Positions 38,097-48,294 of a stretch of DNA of 64,000 nucleotides are shown piece after piece. Under the pieces are notes generated by a model. It did no database searches. It saw nothing but the letters and a program-made list of their open reading frames with translations, and was not told the origin of the DNA. Position 1 is the first letter of the stretch. Each line of letters starts with the position of its first letter. The translations under genes and the position numbers were made by a program. The stretch comes from an uncultured Gemmatimonadales bacterium. GTDB taxonomy: Bacteria > Gemmatimonadota > Gemmatimonadetes > Longimicrobiales > Gaopeijiaceae. The stretch is taken from contig CAWELD010000010.1 of the NCBI GenBank assembly GCA_963809895.1, positions 672,001-736,000 of the forward strand, written 5' to 3'.

Positions 38097-39317
38097 TCAG
38101 CGCGTCAACGATTCCGGGAGCTCTCCACGCACGACCGTGGGCACGTCGAGCGAGTCCAGAACCAGAGCGTAGATCCGATTGTGCCGGACGCGGATGGGAA
38201 AGTAGGCCGACGGCGTGAAGGCCAGTTTCGCGGAGCCCTGGTAGGTACCTGCCGTGTCGAAGACGTCGTAGCGCGGCGGCGCGTCCTGGTCATGACTTCG
38301 TTCGACCCACAAGCGGCGCTGATCGTCCATGAAGAGGTGGGCGAGCGCGGGCTTGGTTTCGGGCGACAGCGCTACGATCTCTTCGGCGGCACGCCGGGCA
38401 TCGGGCGTCCGTTCTACGAGTGCGTCGACCCATCCAGCCCGGTCCTCGGCGGTCACCGGGAGCGACGGCACGTCGGCTTCGATGATCAACACCGTGTCAC
38501 CTTGCTCGTCCAGGCGAGCGATGCGGTAGGTCGTGTTGTCGGTGGTCCAGAATCCCCCCGCGCGATCCACGAGGGTGATGGGGTGCGCGTCGAAGGGGAT
38601 CCCGTAGTATCGATATCCGTTCGAAGTTCGCGATATGAACGACCGATACGTCTCGGGGCCGAGATAGACGGAGTCCTCCACCTCCGTGGTCGGGTCGTAG
38701 CTCTTCAGAAAAGCCTGAGCAGGCGCTTCCTGAAGCCCCTCCTCTGGCGGATAGACTCGCTCGGCGTCCGAGTAGGAGTCGGGCTTCCAGATGCGGCCCG
38801 CGTCGTCGACGGTGCCACTCCAGATATAGCCATACGACCGCACATGCATGGGAATCCGCCGGGACTCGCCGCTTCTGAGATCGATCCCCATCATCACCCA
38901 CTTTCCGTAGTCCTGGACCCAGAGCAGGGTGTCGCCAGCGAGGATCATCCCGTTGGCCTCGCTGAGCTCGCCGGGTCCTTCGCCCTTGGATGCCACCGTG
39001 CGGACGAAGGCGCCGTTCTCGTCGAACGCCCAGATCTCCGGGCCCTGGTAGTCGAGGACGTAGATCGTGCCGTCGCTCGTCGCATCGATGCCGCGGATAT
39101 CACCGAAGAGCCGCTCCGGGTCTCCGCTCGCATCTGGGAGTACCAGGTCCTGCTCGATCACAGGGATGTCATCGTCAGGAAGCGCGGCGTAGTGCACCAC
39201 GACGGTCCCGTCGGGAAGCGTCTCCCGGCTCGCCCCCGCCGCGGGCTGCGAGTCGCGCGGGGCGCATGCAGCGATGATCAACGGGACGGCGACCAGGGCA
39301 ATCCATCCGCCTCGCAT
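38097..39317 (-). CDS. 6-bladed beta-propeller lipoprotein
   Basis: Lipobox IAAC, KGEGPGEL, LDSLDVPTVV. Confidence 0.85.
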   Translation of the reverse strand: MRGGWIALVAVPLIIAACAPRDSQPAAGASRETLPDGTVVVHYAALPDDDIPVIEQDLVLPDASGDPERLFGDIRGIDATSDGTIYVLDYQGPEIWAFDENGAFVRTVASKGEGPGELSEANGMILAGDTLLWVQDYGKWVMMGIDLRSGESRRIPMHVRSYGYIWSGTVDDAGRIWKPDSYSDAERVYPPEEGLQEAPAQAFLKSYDPTTEVEDSVYLGPETYRSFISRTSNGYRYYGIPFDAHPITLVDRAGGFWTTDNTTYRIARLDEQGDTVLIIEADVPSLPVTAEDRAGWVDALVERTPDARRAAEEIVALSPETKPALAHLFMDDQRRLWVERSHDQDAPPRYDVFDTAGTYQGSAKLAFTPSAYFPIRVRHNRIYALVLDSLDVPTVVRGELPESLTR

Positions 39318-39489
39318 GAGAGCTCCTCGTGAGGGGTGCGAGCACAGGTCGACACGATAAGGTGCGACCGACGAAATCGACAAGTGTAGGAACTGGAGGG
39401 GCAGGCGCGCGTGGCCGCGCGAGCGCCGCCGACGCATGTTGAGGCGCTGGAACGGATCGATCCAGGGAGGAGAAGTGGCGAGACGGACG

Positions 39490-40686
39490 ATGGCGAGTTG
39501 GGCTCTGGTGGGATGCGGGTCGTGGGTGCTCGTCGGCTGCAGCGATGCCGGAGATGGGGCCCCGACCTCGACTCTCGCGCATCGCACGGACACGGTCGGG
39601 GGGATTACGGTCATGCACAGCTCCGGGCGTGCCCCGGAGTGGACCCTGGAACCTCTCCTGTCGCTGGGCTCCGAAGCCGCGGTGGGTGACCCCGCGCCCG
39701 ACGAGTTCGGACAGATCACGAGCGTCGTGACCGACGACGACGGTGATCTCTGGGTCGCCGACGCGCAGAACCACGAGATCCGCGTGTTCGCACCCGACGG
39801 TGCGCTACTCCGGCGCATCGGCCGGGAAGGGCAGGGGCCCGGCGAGTTTCTGTCTCTCTACTCGCTGGCGTGGGTGGGTGATACGCTGCTCGCTCTGGAT
39901 TTCGGAAACGGCCGGATCGGTGAGTTGTCACCGCAAGGCGAGTGGCTGGGCACGCGGCCTGCACCCGGACGGGTCTCGGGTCCGGCGTCGATGCTCCGCC
40001 TCTATGCCGTGAGCGACACCCAGGTCTATCAGTGGTCCATCAAGCAGGTGGACGGGCAGGTGCGCCGCACCTGGGTCGAGCAGGGCATCGACGGCGTGGG
40101 CGAGGAGTGGGTGCAACAGACTCCGACCGCGCCTGAACCCACCACCGTGGTGTGCGACCGGCCCGACGGTGCCATCAGCTTCTTCGACGTGCCGTTCGGA
40201 GGGAAGATGCTGGAGCACCCGGCGGGGGCGGGGGACACCTGGGTGGCATGGTCGCCGGACTACCAGCTGGCGTTGGTCGCTCCGGACGGGGACACCCTAC
40301 GCCTCGTGGAGCGGGCCTGGGACCCCCTGCCGATCCTGGATGCCGAGTGGGACAGTGCCACGGTGGAGTTCGAGGACTTCCGTGAGGAGTGGCCCGACGC
40401 GGGCTGCCGGCCGTCGGCGCCTCCGCGCCCCGAGATGAAGACGGCCCTGCGGAACCTGCTCGTCGACACCGAGGGCCGGCTCTGGGTCGAGATCTACACC
40501 GAGACGGGGACGGCGTGGGAGGTGTTCGATCCCTCGGGCGCCCTGCGCGGTCGGGTCGAGGGATTTTCGTACGACGAGCGCGTCGCACCTTCGATCCGAC
40601 AGGGGCTCGTGGCCTGGGTGTCGAGAGACTCGCTGGGCGTGCAGCGTGCCCACACGGCGCGGGTGCGGGAGTCCGGGCGAGAGTGA
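39490..40686 (+). CDS. 6-bladed beta-propeller lipoprotein (start 39436-39490)
   Basis: Lipobox LVGC, GREGQGPGEF, RDSLGVQ. Confidence 0.85.
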   Translation: MASWALVGCGSWVLVGCSDAGDGAPTSTLAHRTDTVGGITVMHSSGRAPEWTLEPLLSLGSEAAVGDPAPDEFGQITSVVTDDDGDLWVADAQNHEIRVFAPDGALLRRIGREGQGPGEFLSLYSLAWVGDTLLALDFGNGRIGELSPQGEWLGTRPAPGRVSGPASMLRLYAVSDTQVYQWSIKQVDGQVRRTWVEQGIDGVGEEWVQQTPTAPEPTTVVCDRPDGAISFFDVPFGGKMLEHPAGAGDTWVAWSPDYQLALVAPDGDTLRLVERAWDPLPILDAEWDSATVEFEDFREEWPDAGCRPSAPPRPEMKTALRNLLVDTEGRLWVEIYTETGTAWEVFDPSGALRGRVEGFSYDERVAPSIRQGLVAWVSRDSLGVQRAHTARVRESGRE

Positions 40687-41174
40687 GCTGGGTCGTGGGA
40701 ACACTGGGGCTGACCGTCATCCTGGGGATCAGCCTGCTCACGTCTCGGGCCCGGCCTTTCGCTCGGCTCGAGGAGCCTGCCCGCAAGCGCCTGAGGGTCG
40801 TGGCCGGGGTGGCGGTCGCCATGCAGGCAGCCCATTTCGTCGAGGAACTCCGTACCGGGTTTCCACAGGCCTTTCCGTCGATCCTGGGGCTCCGACCCTG
40901 GAGCACGGCTCCCTTCGTAGTCTTCAACGTCGGTTGGCTGGCGATCTGGGTTGTGGCGCTCCGCGAGGCGCCGCGGGGCCGCCGCCTGGCCGAGTGGCCG
41001 CTCTGGTTCCTGGGTCTGGCGATGACGGTGAATGGCGTCGCGCACCCACTTCTGGCGGTGCGGGCCGGCGGCTACTTTCCGGGGCTCTGGACGTCGATCC
41101 CGTCGGCCGTCGTGGGCGTGATGCTCTTGCGGGAGCTGACGAGAATCAGTGGTCCCAGAGGCGCCCTGCCGTGA
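40683..41174 (+). CDS. HXXEE domain membrane protein
   Basis: HFVEE, NGVAH, YFPGLWT; GTGA-coupled. Confidence 0.85.
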   Translation: MSWVVGTLGLTVILGISLLTSRARPFARLEEPARKRLRVVAGVAVAMQAAHFVEELRTGFPQAFPSILGLRPWSTAPFVVFNVGWLAIWVVALREAPRGRRLAEWPLWFLGLAMTVNGVAHPLLAVRAGGYFPGLWTSIPSAVVGVMLLRELTRISGPRGALP

Positions 41175-41185
41175 TGCAGCGCTGC

Positions 41186-41722
41186 TCAGGCCTGGTAATT
41201 CCAGGCCGTTGGAGGGAGGGAGCGCACGGCGGCACGAATGTCGAGAACCCTCGCATCGGCGAGGGTGCGAAAGGCACGGCCGCTCAGGGTGCACACCAGC
41301 CCGCTGTCCAGCACCGCGGATCGACCGTAGAGCCTCCCGTTTCCCGGAGCTCCGGCGATGGATCCCTTCAGGTAGACCCCACCTCGTTCCCGCACCCGGT
41401 CGGCTACGAACGCCAGCAGACGGAGTGCCACGGCCCGCCCCCTGAACGGCGGCTCGACGTAGAGATCCATGACCTCGGCGCCCCAGATGCAGTGATGCAG
41501 GTCGTAGGACGGGGACCACGACACGAAGCCGATCGCCCGCTCATCGATGTGCGCGACGGCAAGGGTGAGGCGACGGACGGCGAGCGCGCGCTCGAGTAGG
41601 CCGGCCTCGCCCGACCAGGGCAAGGCGTAGGTCTCCTCCATGTAGGCGCGGATCATGCGGACGGCGGATTCGATATCGGCTTTCTGGGCCAGGCGCACGC
41701 TGACCTCGAGTTCAGACGGCAT
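41186..41722 (-). CDS. GNAT family N-acetyltransferase
   Basis: DLYVEPPFRGRAVA. Confidence 0.8.
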   Translation of the reverse strand: MPSELEVSVRLAQKADIESAVRMIRAYMEETYALPWSGEAGLLERALAVRRLTLAVAHIDERAIGFVSWSPSYDLHHCIWGAEVMDLYVEPPFRGRAVALRLLAFVADRVRERGGVYLKGSIAGAPGNGRLYGRSAVLDSGLVCTLSGRAFRTLADARVLDIRAAVRSLPPTAWNYQA

Positions 41723-41751
41723 CTGAACGGGCTCTCTCTGGTTGAAGGCTC

Positions 41752-42285
41752 CTATCGTGCCGGCGTCATCGTGACGGGTTGCACGAGATGGACGGGAGCC
41801 GGGAAACGTTCGTCCGGCAGCCAATGGTACCGGAGGTCACGCGCGAGGCCTGTCATGACATCGTCGACACACGGCACTCCCGTGCGTTCGGTGATCTTCA
41901 CCACGTTGGAATCCCCCGTTCCATCGACCGACAACTCGACCCGCCCTTCAAGAGCAACCGGCGAGTTTGTGCCGAAGGCCGTACACCCGGACGGGAGCTT
42001 CACCGCGAGGGCCTTCTCCAGTCTGCGGGCCTCGACGTGCGTGGTCCCGTCGGGACCGGTAATCGTGGGCGGGCCGAAGAGCACGTCCAGAAAGGTGGGG
42101 ACGGCGTCGGAGGGGCGCACAACGTCGGGCGTTCGACCAGAGCCGTCCATCGGTTCGGCTTCGAAGGTGGGTGAGAGAGCGAACACCGCGGCGTGCACGC
42201 CGATGGCGATCCCGAGGGACCACATCAGGATCTTGCGGTGACGTCGGCGAAGCTCCGTTGCCCGTGTCTTCATGGCTCGAGCCAT
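41752..42285 (-). CDS. TonB-like protein
   Basis: N-terminal TM with SLGIAIGVH (TonB S-x6/7-H type); C-terminal V.LSVDGTG..VKI...TG...D. Confidence 0.62.
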   Translation of the reverse strand: MARAMKTRATELRRRHRKILMWSLGIAIGVHAAVFALSPTFEAEPMDGSGRTPDVVRPSDAVPTFLDVLFGPPTITGPDGTTHVEARRLEKALAVKLPSGCTAFGTNSPVALEGRVELSVDGTGDSNVVKITERTGVPCVDDVMTGLARDLRYHWLPDERFPAPVHLVQPVTMTPAR

Positions 42286-42495
42286 GGGCGTTCCGGAAGT
42301 GGGAGGCTTGCTGACTCCGAGCGGGTCGAGCATCAGTGTGCGATACGCTGGACCCACCCATGGGGTGACAGGAGTGGTCGCAGACGATGGTGGCGGCTCC
42401 GCCGGTGAGATCGCATCTTGCAAGCGGGCCCGGCTCCGGAGCCTCGGGACCCGGGTAGTCGGCTATCGGCGTGGAGAATCGTGCGGAGGTGGATC

Positions 42496-42956
42496 GTGAG
42501 ACGCTTTGCAGCAATCGGTGCGGTGGCGGCCCTGGTGGCGTGCAGCACGGGTACCGAACCCGACGACGCCAATCGCTCTCCGGCCATCATCCAGGCCGGG
42601 GAGCTCGAGCTCCTGGTCACGGTGCCGGTGTCGGTGGCGGCAGGGGAGAGGAGTTCACGGTCGTCGTCCGCAGCTACGGGCTCGATTCGTGCTGGGCTCA
42701 GGGCACCACCGACGTGTTCCTCGATGCCGACGGCGCCGTCCTGAAGCCCTATGACCGACCGCCCGACCCCTCGGCGCCCACGGGCTGTCGGCCCGCGGTC
42801 CAGGACTTCGACCACACGGTCTCCCTGAGCTTCGCCTCGCCCGGCGTGAAGACCATCGAGGTCTGGGGATACGACCTCGCGGCTCGCGAGACCGTGCGCC
42901 CTCGTTTCGAGGTGATGGTGGTCGGAGCTACTCCACCACGATCGGCCGGCTCGTGA
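42496..42956 (+). CDS. Hypothetical lipoprotein; frameshift near 42648
   Basis: Lipobox LVAC in ORF 42418; body with a Cys pair in ORF 42471. Confidence 0.68.
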
Positions 42957-44742
42957 ACACGGGCTCGCGCCCGGGTAGCTCCAGCTTGAGGTGCAGCGTG
43001 TAGAGACCGGGCTCCAGCGCGGGCAGTTCGAGGCCCACCGACCGGAACACCGATTGGATCTGGTCGGGGCCGGTGTCCTGGAAGGTGACCGACACGGAAC
43101 GGTCGAGGTCGAGAGTCCCCTGGAACTCGCCCACTGGCGCCAGGAAATCCGGGTGCCCGCGGGTGAATCCCAGCGTCACCTGAACGGGCTCCCGCACCTG
43201 GAGACCGTAGACCTCCCACACCACGTTGAAGTGCTCGCCCTGTCGAATGCGCACCCCGGGACGGATCAGGGGGATCGCCTGGTCCATGGTCTCGGGCAGC
43301 GGCGCGTCCGGCTTCAGGATCATCAGGTCCGACACCGCGATCAGCCCCGGCGTGAGCGGGGTCTGGCGCACCCCCTGGCGAGCGCGCCAGGCTCGGCCCT
43401 CCGGTGCATCCAGGACTTCGAGGCTGCTCACGTAATCACCGGGAGTCGTGGTGAGCGTGAACACGCCCTCGGGCACCGTATCTCGCACTTCCTGGATCTG
43501 TCCGTCGTCGACGGAGACCAGGAAGAGGCCCGCCTGCACCGGCGTCTCGATGGGCTGCGCGAGGGCGTCCCGCTCCGTCTCGCCGAAGGTGCTGTCGTTG
43601 GGCGCGGGCGGGGGTGCCGGCTTGTACGCGCCCACCACCAGCATGTCGTCGCCGCGGCGGAAGCGACCCACCTGGGTCTCGAGCCCCGAGAAGAACGGTG
43701 CGTACGGCGGGGCGTACCAGGTGCGGGCGATGCGCGGTGGTGTGATCCAGCTTTCGGGCGGAATCCGCGACGGCGCCTGGAGGAACTTCTCCGGGAAGAG
43801 GTAGCCGCGGCTCTGGGGGTGGTGGTGGCCGACGATCCGGCGCGTGTCCTGGGTCGCGGGATTCACCCCCTGAAGGATGGACTGGGGCGAATACTCCCGG
43901 CTGTACCCCCGAATCCTGCCGTAACGGATCAGGCTCTCGTCGAGGTCCGCCTCCCAGACCCACAGTCGGGGGTTGGCGGCGTCGCGCTCGTTCACGGCCT
44001 GGACCCATCGTGCGAAATGGTCCGTGAGCCGGTCGTTGCCGTCGACGAGGTAGAGCGGGTCCGATAGCTCCCAGAAGAGCGCCCGCTCCTTGGCGCGCGC
44101 CTCGGGAGCCATCCCGTCCAGCGTCTTCTCGGCGCCACCCGACACGATGTATCGGAAGCTCTGCCACTGCTGGCGCTCCTCGGCGGGCATGCCGTCGAGA
44201 GCCTTCTGGAATTCGGTGTCCGCCTCGATCCACCGGTTCTGCAGATGCAGCACGTACCCGACCAGGGCCGAGCACCACCAGGCTTCCGACGGCGCCAGCC
44301 CACAGTCTCGGGCCGTCTGCTCCGCCCGGGGCATGCTCCCGTTCTCGACCAGGTAGCGCACCAACTCGCCGGTGATCCACGGGTCGTGGATCTCGCGAGC
44401 GGCTTCGGAGAGCATGGAGAGAAGCTTGTGACGGGCCAGTTGGACCTCGGGCCGCTCTTCGGGGAAGATGGCCTCGGCTTCGCCTCCGTACCACACGCAG
44501 ATCCGTCCGATCTGCTGGTCGCACCGGCGCTCGTCGGGCTCGGCCTGCACGGGAATCCTGCTCTCGCGGAAGGCCTCGAATCCGCGCTGGGCCTCTTGCA
44601 GGTCTGCTACGATCTGTGCGGAATCCTCGGCCGAGACGCGGGTCTGCTGCGCCAGGGTCGGTCGAGGCGTCACCACCAGCAGCCCGACCACGAGGGCCGC
44701 GTACGGCTGGAGACGGGTCGGTGGCGCGGTCACGAATCCCAT
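42928..44742 (-). CDS. Secreted GWxTD-like domain protein
   Basis: FWELSDPLYLVDGNDRLTDHFARW...WEADLDESLIRYG; TPR-like helix; Ig-like tail LEPGLYTLHL. Confidence 0.7.
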   Translation of the reverse strand: MGFVTAPPTRLQPYAALVVGLLVVTPRPTLAQQTRVSAEDSAQIVADLQEAQRGFEAFRESRIPVQAEPDERRCDQQIGRICVWYGGEAEAIFPEERPEVQLARHKLLSMLSEAAREIHDPWITGELVRYLVENGSMPRAEQTARDCGLAPSEAWWCSALVGYVLHLQNRWIEADTEFQKALDGMPAEERQQWQSFRYIVSGGAEKTLDGMAPEARAKERALFWELSDPLYLVDGNDRLTDHFARWVQAVNERDAANPRLWVWEADLDESLIRYGRIRGYSREYSPQSILQGVNPATQDTRRIVGHHHPQSRGYLFPEKFLQAPSRIPPESWITPPRIARTWYAPPYAPFFSGLETQVGRFRRGDDMLVVGAYKPAPPPAPNDSTFGETERDALAQPIETPVQAGLFLVSVDDGQIQEVRDTVPEGVFTLTTTPGDYVSSLEVLDAPEGRAWRARQGVRQTPLTPGLIAVSDLMILKPDAPLPETMDQAIPLIRPGVRIRQGEHFNVVWEVYGLQVREPVQVTLGFTRGHPDFLAPVGEFQGTLDLDRSVSVTFQDTGPDQIQSVFRSVGLELPALEPGLYTLHLKLELPGREPVFTSRPIVVE

Positions 44743-44880
44743 GGAGTCCCTCTGCGGCGATCTCGAAAGGGTGCGCGGGGCTGGCGAGCCGTATGGCCCG
44801 GTGGCGACGGCGCGAAACGAACGAACTCGACGTGGATACACCGTCCGAGCCTGCGGCGGTCCTGTCGCGATCCCCTGACG

Positions 44881-44920
44881 AACGAAAGGGCCGCCCCGCA
44901 AGCGCGGGACGGCCCCTCGT
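44881..44920 (-). terminator. Intrinsic terminator after the csp gene
   Basis: GGGCCG-CCCCGC/GCGGG-A-CGGCCC hairpin followed on the minus strand by TTTCGTT. Confidence 0.7.
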
Positions 44921-44941
44921 TGTGTGCCGTATGGCGGCGGA

Positions 44942-45151
44942 TCAGACCGTCGTCACATTCTCGGCAGCCGGGCCCTTGGGGCCGTCGACGACATCGAACT
45001 CCACGCTCGCGCCCTCGGCGAGGCTCTTGAAGCCCTCGGCCTGGATGGCGCTGTGGTGGACGAAGCAATCCTTGCTTCCATCCTCAGGCGTGATGAATCC
45101 GAAGCCCTTCTGATCGTTGAACCACTTCACGGTTCCCTTGGTACGCATCAT
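44942..45151 (-). CDS. cspA: Cold-shock protein (CspA family)
   Basis: [43 protein letters not shown]. Confidence 0.96.
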   Translation of the reverse strand: MMRTKGTVKWFNDQKGFGFITPEDGSKDCFVHHSAIQAEGFKSLAEGASVEFDVVDGPKGPAAENVTTV

Positions 45152-45465
45152 TGCGCTCCTCGGTTGTGCGAGTCGGAGCCACGTTGACGCGTACTTACCG
45201 ACTGCTGTGTGTGCGCGGTACCGCCGCGCGGCGTGCGGCCACTCTGGCCACACAACTGAAAAGGCGCCGATCTCCAGCCAGGAGACCGCCGCCTCGAGAA
45301 TGGTTGGGGCGCACCATCTTCGCGCCCGACACACGAAGGGTCGCGGATTCGGGGGGCGACGTCAATGGATGCCCGTGCGATCTTGCGACGCACCCGAACC
45401 GGGACCGACCCCGGGAGCCGGCGCGCCGCCGTCATTTCCGACGCCCGCAACAAGGAGAGAAGGCC

Positions 45466-46230
45466 ATGCCCGACCCAGCCCCCAGGATCGCCCTCGTCAC
45501 CGGCACCACGTCGGGCATCGGTGAGGCCACGGCGCGGGAGCTCCTCGCCCGGGGATGGCGCGTCGTCGGCATGGCTCGACGGGACGGGGTGATCGAGGAC
45601 GGGAGCTATCGCCACGTCTCCGTCGACCTGGCGGCGGTGGCCTCGTTCGAGTCCACGCTGGGCACCGTGTTGGAGGAGTTGGCCACGGGTGGTCCGTGGG
45701 CACGCGTCGGCCTCGTCAACTGCGCGGCCGACCCCGGACTGATCGGCACCATGGACGCCCTCGATCCCGGCGAGATGCTCCGGGTTCAGGCGGTGAACGC
45801 CGTGGCGCCCGCATGGCTCATGGGTCGCATCGGCCGCGTCGCCGGTTCGGACACCCCGGTCCGGGTGGTGAACGTGTCGTCCGGCGCCGCGAGGGACCCG
45901 TATCCCGGCATGGTCGCGTACTGCACGTCGAAAGCCGCCCTCCGGATGGGGGGACGCGTGCTTGCGAAAGAGGTCCAGGCCCCGGGCCGTACGGATGAGG
46001 GTCCCACGGATGTCACGGTGCTCTCCTACGAACCGAGCGTCGTCGATACGCCGATGCAGAAGGCCGCCCGCACGACCCCGAGAGAGAAGCTCCCCATCGT
46101 GGACTTCTTCAAGGGACTGGTCCGTGACGATCGCCTGGTGGAGCCTTCGGCGCCCGCGCGCGAGATCGCCGATTACCTGGAGACGGACGGACACGAGCCG
46201 TTCGATGAGCGGCGCTTCGGCGTGGAATAG
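45466..46230 (+). CDS. SDR family oxidoreductase
   Basis: TGTTSGIG, NVSSG, YCTSK. Confidence 0.92.
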   Translation: MPDPAPRIALVTGTTSGIGEATARELLARGWRVVGMARRDGVIEDGSYRHVSVDLAAVASFESTLGTVLEELATGGPWARVGLVNCAADPGLIGTMDALDPGEMLRVQAVNAVAPAWLMGRIGRVAGSDTPVRVVNVSSGAARDPYPGMVAYCTSKAALRMGGRVLAKEVQAPGRTDEGPTDVTVLSYEPSVVDTPMQKAARTTPREKLPIVDFFKGLVRDDRLVEPSAPAREIADYLETDGHEPFDERRFGVE

Positions 46231-46288
46231 CGTAGTTTCGCCGGCAGTGCTCGACGAGAAACACGGCGAGGTGAGGAGGAGTGAGGCC

Positions 46289-47026
46289 ATGCGCGTGGCT
46301 GCGCTGTACGACATCCATGGGAACCTTCCCGCCCTCGAGGCGGTGCTCGCGGAGGTCGCGGAGGAGGGCGTGGACGAGGTGGTGATTGGCGGAGACGTCA
46401 TACCTGGTCCGATGCCTGGCGAGTGTCTCGACGCCCTGCTGGCCCTGGACGTGCCGGTGCGAGCCATCTTCGGCAACGGTGAGCGCGACACCCTCGTCCT
46501 GCATGCCGGCGAGGAGCTCACGCGGGTCCCGAAGCAGTTCCACGAAGTCATGCGTTGGGTCGAGGGTCGCCTCACGCCCGAACACCTCGCCGAGCTCAAG
46601 TCGTGGCCGCTCCGCACGAGGCTCGAGATTCCGGGAGTCGGTGACGTGCTGTTCTGCCACGCCACCCCCCGCGACGACAACGAGATCTTCACCAGCCAGA
46701 CGCCCGAAGAGAGGCTGAGGCCGATCTTCGACCCCACACGCGCCGACGTCGTGGTCTGCGGGCACACCCACATGCAGTTCGACCGCATGATCGGTGAGGT
46801 GCGGGTGGTCAACGCGGGCAGCGTCGGCATGCCGTTCGGAGATCCGGGTGCGTTCTGGGTGATGCTGGGGCCCGATGTCGAGCTCCGCCGAACCGAGTAC
46901 GATCTGGATGCCGCCGAAGAGCGCGTCGCGGCCGCCGGATACCCGTCGGTGGCGCCGTTCGAGATCCGGAACCCGCCGCCCGCCGCGCAAATGGAGCAGG
47001 TCTTCGAAGCGGCGGCGTTACGGTAG
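46289..47026 (+). CDS. Metallophosphoesterase
   Basis: DIHGN, GD, GNGE, CHA, GHTH, NAGSVG. Confidence 0.93.
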   Translation: MRVAALYDIHGNLPALEAVLAEVAEEGVDEVVIGGDVIPGPMPGECLDALLALDVPVRAIFGNGERDTLVLHAGEELTRVPKQFHEVMRWVEGRLTPEHLAELKSWPLRTRLEIPGVGDVLFCHATPRDDNEIFTSQTPEERLRPIFDPTRADVVVCGHTHMQFDRMIGEVRVVNAGSVGMPFGDPGAFWVMLGPDVELRRTEYDLDAAEERVAAAGYPSVAPFEIRNPPPAAQMEQVFEAAALR

Positions 47027-47039
47027 GAGGAATCGTGCG

Positions 47040-47663
47040 ATGAAATCCCGCCTTCCGCTGTACATGCTCCTGGGTCTCGTGGCGGTGGGGGCCTTGGGAT
47101 GGTTCCTGTTGCCAGCCGGATTTGCCAGGGGCGTCATCATGGGATTCGTCGCGGGTCCACTCGCGATCCTCGGGGTCCTCACCATCGTGGGGCGCCGGAT
47201 GCGAAAGGGCCTCGGCGAGCGTCTGCGGCCTCCGACGCTCCCGACCGCAGCTTCCTGGGACTACGCATGGACCGTCTCGGACCTCGAAGGTGAGTCGGTC
47301 GACCCGGAGCAATACCGTGGTCGCGTCTTGTTGCTGAACGTGTGGGCCACCTGGTGCGCGCCGTGCATCGCGGAGCTTCCCAGCCTCGAGGCGCTGGCGG
47401 ACGCCGTGACCGAGCTCGAGGTGGACTTCGCCTGCGTGACCAGCGAGCCTGCCGACACGGTGCGCACCTTTCTCGCCAAGCGGCCTGTCGGGCTGCCGGT
47501 CTACACGGCCGCCGAGCTCCCGGACATCTTCCGGAGCGGAGCGATTCCCGCCACGTACGTCATCGACCGCACAGGCACCATCGCCCTCCGCCACACCGGC
47601 GCCGCACGCTGGGACGATCCCGGTGTGGTGAGCTTCGTGCGGGGGCTGGCCGTGATGCCGTGA
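47040..47663 (+). CDS. TlpA-type thiol-disulfide reductase, membrane anchored
   Basis: LLNVWATWCAPC, IPATYVIDRTG. Confidence 0.92.
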   Translation: MKSRLPLYMLLGLVAVGALGWFLLPAGFARGVIMGFVAGPLAILGVLTIVGRRMRKGLGERLRPPTLPTAASWDYAWTVSDLEGESVDPEQYRGRVLLLNVWATWCAPCIAELPSLEALADAVTELEVDFACVTSEPADTVRTFLAKRPVGLPVYTAAELPDIFRSGAIPATYVIDRTGTIALRHTGAARWDDPGVVSFVRGLAVMP

Positions 47664-47773
47664 GTCGTCGCGGGACTTGCCGTGGGCGCCATCTTCCGTG
47701 ACTCTGGCATCCGTGGTCTGACCGTGATCCTCAGACTGTTCTGACGCGCCCGAGTCCCGGAGACGGCACATGA
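47660..47773 (+). other. Chain of four mini-ORFs tiling the intergenic gap
   Basis: 47660-47701, 47698-47721, 47724-47744, 47741-47773 (last has a CTG start); NTGA overlaps at four of five joints. Confidence 0.35.
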
Positions 47774-48294
47774 TCCCCAACCTGCGAGCCATGGTATCCC
47801 TCGCGGCGGCGAGCCTCCTGATTCTCGGCGGGCTCGCGGCGTGCGCGCCGCCCGCAGAGGCGCCCCTGTCGGACGCCCGGGTCCAGGCGATCCGAGACAC
47901 GATCATGCAGCTCGGCGAGGCCGCCGACGCGAGCGTGGATCGGTTGGACTGCGGACCGGCGATCCAGAGCTTCGCCGACACGGAACCGCTCTTCGTGAGC
48001 GGTGGGCGCGTCATCCGCACCCGCGACGAGCTGGCGACCATGTGCGAGCAGCTCATCTCCAATCGCACCGGCGCCGAGTACGACGTCGAGCGGACGACGG
48101 TCCACGTCCTGTCGCCGGATGCCGCCTACATGGTGCGCGAGGGCCCCTACACGATCCACTTCGACGATGGCAGCGACGTCACGGAGTACCTGGTCATCAG
48201 CGATGTGTGGCAGCGTCTGGACGGCACGTGGAAGCGTGTCCACTTCCACGAGTCCGCGCGCGACCGAGAGACATCGCAGGAGACAGGGAGTTGA
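47770..48294 (+). CDS. NTF2-like (SnoaL/DUF4440-type) lipoprotein
   Basis: Lipobox LAAC; VLSPDAA, VWQRLDGTWKRVHFHES. Confidence 0.82.
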   Translation: MIPNLRAMVSLAAASLLILGGLAACAPPAEAPLSDARVQAIRDTIMQLGEAADASVDRLDCGPAIQSFADTEPLFVSGGRVIRTRDELATMCEQLISNRTGAEYDVERTTVHVLSPDAAYMVREGPYTIHFDDGSDVTEYLVISDVWQRLDGTWKRVHFHESARDRETSQETGS

